A DNA stretch of 57,493 nt, the filler included, from Sphacelaria rigidula (taxonomy: Eukaryota), in NCBI GenBank assembly GCA_964200075.2. It is 4 parts of 4 records of this genome, joined end to end, with 100 filler letters (N's around TTAATTAATTAA, not from the genome) between each part and the next. Parts side by side here need not be neighbours in the genome. Positions count along the whole stretch, not along the records: positions 28,800 to 43,098 come from CAXNAA020002330.1; positions 43,199 to 57,493 come from CAXNAA020002331.1; 2 more parts are not named here. One strand, written 5' to 3'. Below are positions 36,187 to 45,552 of the stretch, piece after piece (the stretch's first letter is position 1; each line of letters begins with the position of its first letter). The notes under the pieces were generated by a model. It saw nothing but the letters and a program-made list of their open reading frames with translations, searched no databases and was not told the origin of the DNA. A program made the translations under genes and the position numbers.

Positions 36187-38113
36187 ATGATGGTTATGCT
36201 GTATAATTGGATCTGGGAAAACGAGTACATGCCCAAGAGGTGGAGAGAAGGAGTAGTAGCCAACCTTTTCAGAAAGGAAGCCAAGGCGGACCCAGGGAAC
36301 TATAGAGGGAAAACGCTACTGAGCACGGTAGGGAAAACGTTCTATAAGATTCTGAATGATGGAGTAGGAACGATGCGCTAGAAAAAGACGAAAAACTGAG
36401 CAGGTGTCAAACCAAAGCGTAGTTGCGTAGACCATCTGTACACACTAGGTAAGACTATCCAAGGTAGAAAAGACGCCAGGCTGACGACGTACTGTTTCTT
36501 TCTTGACGTGCAAAAGGCTCACGACACAGTATGGGGAAATGGGCTGTGGAAAAAGTTGTGGGAAACTGGGATCAGAGGAAAGATGTGGAGAATGGTAAAG
36601 AAGATGACAGAATGTGCCAAAAGTGCCTTGATGCTAGACGGGGAAATATCGAAATATTTTACAAGGAGTTGCACGAGGATGTACGTTATCACCCACTTTA
36701 TACAAGGTACTCATTAATGACTTGATCATAGACATAGAAGCGGCAAATCAAGGAGTCAAAGTGGGTGAAGATGTGATATCAGGTTTGGTGTTCGCAGATG
36801 ATATTGTGGGGATTTCAGGAACAGCAGAAGAATTGCAACAACAAATAGAGAAGGCGCTAGAATACACCAGGAAATGGAGAGTGACAGCGAATGTTGACAA
36901 ATGCGGTAGAGTTCAAGTGGAAGTGGGGACAAGAGGAACTGCAGATCGTAGACCAGTTTACATACTTTGGCATAGAGATCTCAAGAAACTGTTCTTGAGA
37001 CGCACACATATATAAAGAAATAGAAAAGGGTAGAACACAGATAGGAAGGACCGACGTGGTCCTCAGAGACTCGCGCCTAGACGCTAGGATTAAGAGATGT
37101 ATCCTGATGAACGTGATCGTACCAAAGCTGGAGTATGCAGGAGAAGTATGGGAGGGGAACGTGAAATTGGTGAAGAAGTTGGAAACAGTACATCTGGAAG
37201 CAGCTAAGAAGATACTTGGATGCTCGAAAACGACGAGAATTACAGTTTTGAGAGCAGAGTTGGGAATGTACTCACTTAAAACAAACAGAAACATGAGGAA
37301 ATTGAGGCGGCAATATAGCGTAAAGAACGCGCAGAGAAAGAGATTGCCAGCTATAGTTGATCAGGCTGTATGGGAGAAAAGTACGAAAGGGCATGCTGGA
37401 ATAAGGTGGGATCAAGAAGTCGAGAGAGTATGGAAAGAAATAGGAGGAAACCAAGACGAAATACTGCCCAAGGGTGAAGGCGCGGGGTACAAGACAAAAG
37501 TAAGAGACGTAGTAGAAATAAGGAGAAAATGAGCGCTCAGACGCAAAGTAGACGACGAAGAACACCTGAAGATATACGGGGGGTTGAGAGAGGGGATCGG
37601 GATGAAAACATATCTGCATGGCCCCATGGACGCGGCGAAGAAATTGAAACTGCGATTCGGGTGGGGGACCTGGACCTGCCAGAAAGAAGAAAGAGATATA
37701 TACCAGTAGTCGTGTGGAGGAGGAAGTAGATGCACAGAACTGCCTCTGCGGCAAAGCAATGGAGTGCAGAAGTCATGTAGTTGCAGAATGTGAACTATAC
37801 AAGGAGGGACGGAGCGTGGAAGAGGGGTAAATGCGGGACGTGAACGAAGGTGGCATAAAATCGTTTGGTGCATTAGGCAGTAGCGAGTAAACGATGGTTA
37901 TACTAGGAGATAGATGATGGCCGCTGGCGGCGAAATAGGACGGGGTTAAGACACGTGAATGTTCTTTGTGCAATGTATGGAAGAAGCGTAATGAGCACGT
38001 AAATGTAATATGTGTCTCTATCAGGCGTAGGAACGGTGCTTCGTCTCGAAAGAGATGCGTGGTCAATGGTCAAACGACTAATGCCAGCAACAAATGAGCA
38101 CCCCCCGCCCCCC
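36187..38113 (+). mobile_element. 5'-truncated, frameshifted non-LTR retrotransposon (LINE) ORF2: reverse transcriptase and C-terminal CCHC-like motif
   Basis: RT motifs DPGNYRGKTLLSTVGKTF, FLDVQKAHDTVW, QGVARGCTLSPTLY, LVFADDIV, NVDKC and PKLEYAGEVW; C-terminal NCLCGKAMECRSHVVAEC; several stops and frameshifts; ends GCAACAAATGAGCACCCCCC. Confidence 0.93.
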
Positions 38114-38117
38114 AGCG

Positions 38118-38455
38118 CAAAGGGAATGATCATAACTCGTAGTGTTGGAATGATGAGACATCCATGAGGCAGTGTGGAACCCGTGGTTGTCTCTGGAATT
38201 GGCGATACCAGAGAACGAAGCAACTCATTCGAGGCTGTCATCTATATGCAATATAATCAATACGCTTCGGGCCGAACGATCTTAGCAGGATGCAGCTCAC
38301 CCTTCATGCGACTCGCCGAACACATTACGGCGCTTCGCGCTTCGTGATCAATTGGTCCGGCGAAAACCCGGTGTTCTCCATCCTGGCCTTGTAGGGATAC
38401 GAGTTCAATGGTGATATGAGTACGACATGCAATATCATAAGTACACCCCCCTCCC
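38118..38455 (+). mobile_element. 3' fragment of a second, related non-LTR element family (family B)
   Basis: Colinear with 55305-55650 (-) and 56170-56425 (+), e.g. GGCGATACCA, GGGCCGAAC, TTCATGCGACTCGCCGAAC. The terminus AGGGATACGAGTTCAATGGT...AAGTACACCCCC resembles the LINE terminus. Confidence 0.75.
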
Positions 38456-40379
38456 AGCGGCTCGGCTTCGGCCACCATGTACGGAGGGCCGAGAGGACGC
38501 ACCCCGAAAGGATCGCCCCTTACCACTGTTGTAGCTTAGTGTACAAATCCTCGAACACCTGCACGTTCGTCATCTGTCACTTCGTGCCGCTACCTTCTCC
38601 GGCTTGCAATTCCATGGTAACACTTGAAGAACTCTAAACCTATGTACATACGCGTAACTGGACGAAATGTCATCGATGTTGTCGCAGTTGATCTCAGCTA
38701 CGGCCCTCGGCAGTGCCCTTTCCCTCCTTTTGTGACGAGCATTCCTTCGGGGTTAATGTCCTAGCTGTGCCCATTGGAAGCAGCTCAGACTATTTGCACT
38801 TGCAAGACACATCATCGGTCCTCCCCGGTACTCCCAACACTATCGGTTTTTGTACATGTTCGGTGACTGCAGACAAGTCGCGACACCATCGAGATGACAT
38901 ACACGTATACACACATTACTAACATGAAACGAATCTCTTCACCACAAGCTACCGGCATAAAGGACTACACAGGACAACATTCAAGACGTAAGCACTCGGC
39001 TGATAGGATGATGCCGATACTCAAATAGGAACTTGCAATACTGCCTGAGCCATGTGTAATTTGTTTTGGCGATTTGTTTTCGGATCATACCAACATGGAC
39101 ACATTTATGTATGGATTGAGACTACGGATGGACTTCCGGACTGTGTTGACGCCGCGAACTTGGTACGTGTGTAACAGAGTCATGAAGTAGTCGTTCCCAT
39201 TGCACAGGCATCACGAAGTCGGCCAGAAGCTCATCACAAGTGTTTGTGGCCACAAGATGTGATCGCCTCCATGTTATGAGGCCATCGATTGCTGGACTTC
39301 GCCTACTCGTGCGGGATCATCATGACGTTACCTACTGGCGCCTGGATTCGACCGGTTATAGGCACTGCACAGCCGAGCATCTGGGTCGTGCGAGTCACCA
39401 CATGAGCAACGATAATACATGCCTTCAATGAGGGAGGAAATGATACCATACATCGCTCTGCCGCGGAGTGCTTGCTTACTCCTGCGCTTCCGGCTTGTCG
39501 TAGTAAACACCACTGCCGCCGAGTTGGTGTCTTGAAGCCTTACTGGGTTTGTTTTGATCCCAGGAAGTTGCATGCCACTCGCGTTGTTTTCCCTTCGTTT
39601 TCAACTTGATGCAGAGGCTCTCGAAGATGCCTTCGAGGAGCTCGTCATATCTGACTGCTCATCTCGGTCCTCCTACGGGAGTTGACACCCCTCCCAGTTG
39701 TCATGCAGGCGGCACTTCCCGAGCGGCGTGTCCAAAGGTGAAGTGTGGGCCACCTCAGGTACTTTTTTTCTCTCGAATGCTGTGCGCCAGTGTCGAAGTT
39801 TGTTGCTCATGCCATGCTCCCCATACATTATGGGTGTGTGGAATCGTCACTCCTCGGTGGACGTCACCGGCGTATTGCGGGCGATCCTTTGTGTATCTGT
39901 TTCGCTTCGACCTCGGTACGAGGGAGTTCAGAGGGGTTTCCCTTCTGGGGTCGGGCGGTGTCCGCCCCTTCGCACAGTTGTCACGGGCGGGGGGAATTTC
40001 CACATCACGTACCCCATCTGAGGAGGTGGTGGTGGGTTCCTTGGCTTGCGCATGTTCATGGATGACACATCTTACGTTTGAACCCGTGATCGCTCACTGG
40101 TTTATAACGAGTTTAAAGGCCAAAAGGTCTGCGTCGTGAACAGAAATGTTTGCATGAACACAAGACACGGGGTTCGAGTCTGCCGTGCTCGATTTGAAGC
40201 GGAAAACAAACTGTGAACCGGGAGGCTTGCGAGGGGCGCGGCCCTGGAGACCGCTGATGATGTGAATATGGCGGAGCAAAGCCTGCAACATATACTTTGT
40301 TCATGAAGCAGACACTACTTGACCTTTGAACCATGCAGTGAACACTCAACTTCAGCGTTTCTATCCTTTCCACCGTACA

Positions 40380-40900
40380 CTGACGACCGGGTTCTCGAGA
40401 TTCCTCGTCGAGTGCCTTGGTCACCACCATGGGCCCTGGCGATCTCCCACAAACCTCGCAGTCGTTCTTCAAGTTTTATGCTGGCCGACCCCTACGCACA
40501 CAAAATATCGCCCGTGGTGTTTTTCCTCCCGAACGCCACCGGCTGTGCCGTTGTCTTTGATGCAACATCTAGACGCACACATTGGGCAACAGCACGCGTG
40601 CGGGGGGGAGGGCAGAAGATGAGCGAAAAATAATGTTGGTTTCCTCGCCCTGATTTTACCGACTCACTTTTCCTCGCGGGCCAAGCTCACCGTCCCTTTC
40701 ACTCGTACTATTTCACGGTTCCCTTCCAAGCGTTTTTCCATCGTTAACGAGAGACGATCAAATCTCCTACACTCCTTCGGTGGGTATGATTCGCCGTGAG
40801 TCTTACGTCGATGATGCTTCTTCCATCGTTGATGGCGTAGGGTATGCACACACCGCGTTTTTTCTGAATCAACGATGGGAGTAATATTATTATACACTGC
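40380..40900 (-). pseudogene. Possible degenerate Ty3/gypsy integrase C-terminal region
   Basis: Frameshifted text ...LEGNREIVRV...AREEK...GDIL...KLEERL..GPMVVTKAL resembles the GD-x-V...KL..RW.GP(F/Y).V module. No DDE core seen. Confidence 0.35.
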
Positions 40901-42641
40901 TTTTTTTACTTACAGTATATGTTATGGTGTTCAGGACCTGCCGGTTGTGAACGCAGCGGAAGGTACGCGGCGATCCTAAGGGGTCGATGACAACGCTCTG
41001 ACGCGTTGTAACTTCCGCATGTGCTATCTGCATTCCAGAAAACCTAACCTTCTACCCTGTACAGTAAGTTAAGTACAAAACGAGCAGTACGGTATCTAAG
41101 AGTACATTCATACCATGTACAGGTATCGTGTTACAAGCCCGCATAACCCAACTTCAAACGTTTCCCGACTTCAACCATGTCGTTTTCTTGGTCTTGTTGA
41201 TGACTTCCCGCAAGCGTTTGTGCACTTCAAGGAGCGTCATTCCGATACCATGTCAGTTTGCTGAGTTTAAAAATGCATCCCAAACCAGAGACCGCCCCGT
41301 AGCGCGAGCATAACAGGTCTTCACAAAACCACAACAAGGAGGCGGGCTGGGATCGGGGGGGGAGGGGGGCGCCAGTTAAAAAAAGGGAATACACTATCTA
41401 CGAGTAGTAGTAGGTCTAGTGCGGATCATTTTTATCTTGTCACGCACCGTGACACAAAAGGCTAAACTTCGAGTGATACATCACCCTCATCACCTTCGCT
41501 TGTGCAGTCTGGCGAGTAATGCTGCCCAGCCGGTGATGTATGTGAGTGTGAACCTGGGCCTGTACAGGGCGTTAGTCATCCTCATTCAGCATTTTTCAAA
41601 AGAGGCACACATCTACCCAGAGTCATGCCTGACGCTTTCCCTCCCCCTCCCCCGTATGTTCTCACATGTCACCTCATCAGGTTGGAGAGATGACTGCTTT
41701 GGCAATCACTGTATCCTACGCAACTCACACATCTTGGAGAGAAGTGGGAACAACAGTACAGACGCAACCACATGATAAGTAAGTGCTATAGGCAGGCCGC
41801 GGCTTGTATTCGACTGCGGGCTATCCGATGAAGACACAGCAGTACTCATGATGATGCATGTCAACGATTTCGAGACACAACAGTGGACGAACTTTGAAGC
41901 TTGTGGTGCATGATCGCCAATCAATCATGAATAAGTGTTTGTGTTATCTGTCATTGTCCACGCAAAGCTTGTTCGGCTTCTAGCTGAAGAGGTGGGCACT
42001 CTTGCCTCATTCAGCAACCGTTGTTGCCGCCTTCTTCTCACTCTCGCTCAAGATCGGCTGACTGGGTGAATCCTCTTGTTTCCGCACGGCTTGTTTCGTT
42101 TCACCATGAGTGTTCATAATAATATGATAATCCACAAGGATCAAGGAACATTCTGCGGAACGGGATAGAAGAAGAACAAATCTACGCACGAAGCACCCCA
42201 TAAAATGTGGAACGTCTACTAATATGCTGCACAATGCATCAACAAGATCGGAATAAACGCCGATTTCGTAGATGTATAAAGTCATGCTATACGGTAGTAG
42301 GGGTTGCACATTTGGGCCCAGATTTTTTCATTGATGAAAAGCTCGAGCAACACAAGAAGAATACGAGCTGGGCCAGCCAAGAGTAGGTGTGAAACTCGCT
42401 CAGGCGACGCACGGCGCGATATCAGGAGTTGGACGCTGAAATGTTGACAGCAGCTTTTTATGATCGCAATGCAGAAGATCACGTGAGCAGCAAAGAAAAA
42501 AAAGAAAGGAAGTTGTGTTGTTGTTGTTGTTGTTGTCTTTACATTAAAAACCGTTCCGATATCTGGGCATTTGAAATTTCAGCAGAAACAAGATAATAAT
42601 GTCATGAGGCTACTTATGTATCAAAAAATGAATCTTGTTGA

Positions 42642-43037
42642 AAAAAAGTGCATTTTCGGCCCTTCCCCTCATTTTCCCCCCGAAAAGAGGGCTAGGCGGA
42701 TGTTGACACTGTGGAATGACTTGCTCTACTCGCTGAGACGGTTCCAGAGCACTTTGGCGTTTCCCGTAGGTCACAGTTTCGCTCTTGGACAAAATTGCAT
42801 TTTCGATAACAAACGGTCAAGTCATCAAAGGACAGGGGGAAAATTGATATTTTTTGGTAACTTGACTGTTATTGAGAATGCAAGTTTGACCAAAAACGGA
42901 ACCGTGACCTACGGAAAACGCAAAGGTGCTCTGGAACGGCCTCAGCGAGTAGAGCAAGCCATTCCAAGGTGTCGACATCCGCCCGACCCTCTTTGGGGGG
43001 AAAAACGACGGAGAAGGGCCAAAAATGCACTTTTTCA
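42642..43037. mobile_element. Foldback-like element with ~170-bp inverted arms
   Basis: AAAAAGTGCATTTTCGGCCCTTC...CTTGCTCTACTCGCTGAG...GTTCCAGAGCAC...CCGTAGGTCAC pairs with GTGACCTACGG...GTGCTCTGGAAC...CTCAGCGAGTAGAGCAAG...GAAGGGCCAAAAATGCACTTTTT. Confidence 0.8.
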
Positions 43038-43098
43038 GAGCGATGCTACGGTAGGGGGGCACTTTTTTCGCGAAATCATGTTTAGTTCAGGGGCTCCT

Positions 43099-43198
43099 NN
43101 NNNNNNNNNNNNNNNNNNNNNNNNNNNNNNNNNNNNNNNNNNTTAATTAATTAANNNNNNNNNNNNNNNNNNNNNNNNNNNNNNNNNNNNNNNNNNNN
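43099..43198. other. Artificial contig spacer N44-TTAATTAATTAA-N44
   Basis: Same 100-nt spacer. Confidence 0.98.
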
Positions 43199-43332
43199 CC
43201 CCAACTCAACCATCAGAAGGTTACGAGGTTACCAACTGAGCCACCGGGGCGACCGGCTCTTGCGGTGCTTGCCTTTATTTTTTATCGCGAGAGGGGCCTT
43301 GCACTCCCTTTTCCTCGTCGACCGTTAAGTCG
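43199..43332 (-). mobile_element. tRNA-derived SINE fragments (head 43199-43258, body piece 43262-43332)
   Basis: Reverse complement GCCCCGGTGGCTCAGTTGGTAACCTCGTAACCTTCTGATGGTTG contains a perfect A box and matches the head at 53983-54028. The body piece matches 54129-54198. Confidence 0.75.
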
Positions 43333-43600
43333 TTTTTTTTTTCCCCAACAACTACGGAGGGTAAATACGAGTAATACGTAACTATCTGCCTATAACTATC
43401 TGCCTATAGACAGACATTGGATGGGTATGATGAGTTGAGTGCAACCAGTTGTATTGAATGAGCAAACCTGTGCAGTTAGTGAATAGTGACTTGTGGACAA
43501 CCTCTGGATGAGAAACCTGTGCGATCAGTGAACTGTGTCTACAACTCATGGGTGAGAAATCTGTGAAACTAGTATAATAGTGGGATCTGAACAACCCTCA

Positions 43601-44082
43601 GGCCGGATGTTATGGCATACAGATTTTTGGCCCACGGATTGTCCACTTTTATGGCGTTTGAGCCACTTTTGAGCCCCGAACAGGGAAAATCGCCAACACA
43701 AGTCTTGGATACTTTGCATCACCCCACAGAGAGGTGCCTAGCCCACTTTTCAGATTCGCTTGGCTCCAAGGTTTCGAGAGCGCCCGCTGAACAAAAATAC
43801 GTGTGCAACAAAATCTACGGCGATCTCCACATATTATTGGGTAAACTGGCGGGGTTTGGCAAGCACAGATATTTGCACACGAATTTTTGTTCAGTGGCCA
43901 ATCTCGAAACCTCGAAGCCAAGCGAATCTGAAAAGCAGACTAGTCCTCTCTGTAGGGTGATGATGCAAAGTGTCCGAGACGTGTGTTGGCGATTTTCCCT
44001 GTTTGGGGGTAAAAAGGTGGGTCAAACGTCCCAAAAGCGAACAATTCGTGGGCCAAAAATCTATGTGCCATAACATCCGGCC
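43601..44082. mobile_element. Nearly fully palindromic MITE (482 bp), PIF/Harbinger-like, 3-bp TSD TCA
   Basis: TIR GGCCGGATGTTATGGCA(T/C)A(C/T)AGATTTTTGGCCCACG, with imperfect arms extending ~215 bp. TCA on both sides (43598-43600, 44083-44085). Confidence 0.9.
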
Positions 44083-45437
44083 TCAGCGGAAAATTTCACA
44101 CGACTTGTTTCACCGCCGCTGAAATCACGGGGCGATCTGATGTGGCTTCAGAATGTATCTTGTTCGCCCTCATACGGCACGGCTGACGTCAACTACTCGT
44201 AGCAGCACTGTTGTTTACACAACTACTAGGTAAAATACCTGCGCAACGAGTACCTGTTGACTAATTTTGGATGAAACTGTTGAGTGATGTCGCGATAGCG
44301 CCTCCCCCCCCCTCCCCCGAGAAAATTGTCCTGGCTTTGTTGGGATACGAAGTCGATGAATCATATGAGTAGGGCGTGCAAGATCATGAGTACACCCCCC
44401 GAGAAAGATGCTGTGTCGACCGAGGCACAATTTTTTACATTTGATATGTTCAGACCTGGTTTTTTAAACCATTCATCATCTCGATGCGCTGTCTGGCCAT
44501 GATTTCAAGGGTCGGACGAATGAGTGATTCGTCCGGAAATCACCTGATTTTAGTTTGATTGATTCGTACGGACGAATCAATCCTTTATCTTTGTTTTCAG
44601 CGTTGCAACGCAGGTACGCGCAGCCCAGGAACGTGGGATAGCTTCAAAGCTGCGTGGAGGCCTGTTTGACCAGCGGTCAACTTTTTCCATCTCTTTCGAT
44701 AAATTAGGCGTAAGAAATCGTGGATATGGTGATTCGAACCGGCAATGATTCCTCCGAACCGTGCATTGTTGCCTGACCAGAGTTTTGGCCCTTTTTTGAG
44801 GGGGGGGGGGGGAAGGCCATCGCGGCACCGCCCTGTTAGTTAGCCAATCTGGTTGACCGTAGACAGCTAACTACTGAATGAGAAACCTGTGAAATGAGAA
44901 ACCTGTGGAGGACTGTCGGACGAGAGATCTGCGCAACTACTTGTCTGTGCGGAAGTTTCGACCAATGATTTTGCACTAGGGGTATGTAAACGACTCTCGG
45001 TCGAACATTTTGCGAACAGACATCCCCGCGGATGGGAAACCTGTGCAACTGTGTCGTGTGTTGTCATCCCGTCTACTCTGGATGCCAGTCTACACCTTTC
45101 GGCGTATTCTATCATACTGTAGCCAAATGCCTACTTAACCGGACAACTGCCAAGAAAATTGCGTCTGCTCCTTATTTTGGTCGTTTCTTATTTCCAACCC
45201 AGCGATTTATTCATGTTTCTTACTTACGTCAGTTATTCTTCAGACGTACGAACTGTCGTCGCACGATATCAATATTCGATTTCCTGCCGCTCCATTTCTT
45301 ATTTTGTCCCATCTTCTGAGCTCGATTTCTTACGGCAGATTTCCTTCTTCTTTTTTTTCCAAATTCTGAAGCTCAATATCTTACGAAGACATTCTTCATG
45401 AGGGGGTTGGTACCGTATTCTCAGGCACCATCATTAA

Positions 45438-45552
45438 CCCCTTTCGAACCCATTGGCGATTTTTGTTTTTTTGAATAGACACCATTTTCATTTTTCAAGT
45501 CAAAATGATGCCGCTTCACCAAAACAAAAATTGGCAATGGGTTTCGAAAGGG
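45438..45552. mobile_element. piggyBac-like mini-MITE (115 bp) with TTAA TSD
   Basis: TTAA|CCCCTTTCGAACCCATTGGCGATTTTTGTTTT ... AAAACAAAAATTGGCAATGGGTTTCGAAAGGG|TTAA. Confidence 0.85.

Noticed and set aside
42571-44076. ORFs of 150-190 aa with similar peptides on both strands
   Set aside because: Artefacts of palindromic MITE/foldback sequence.
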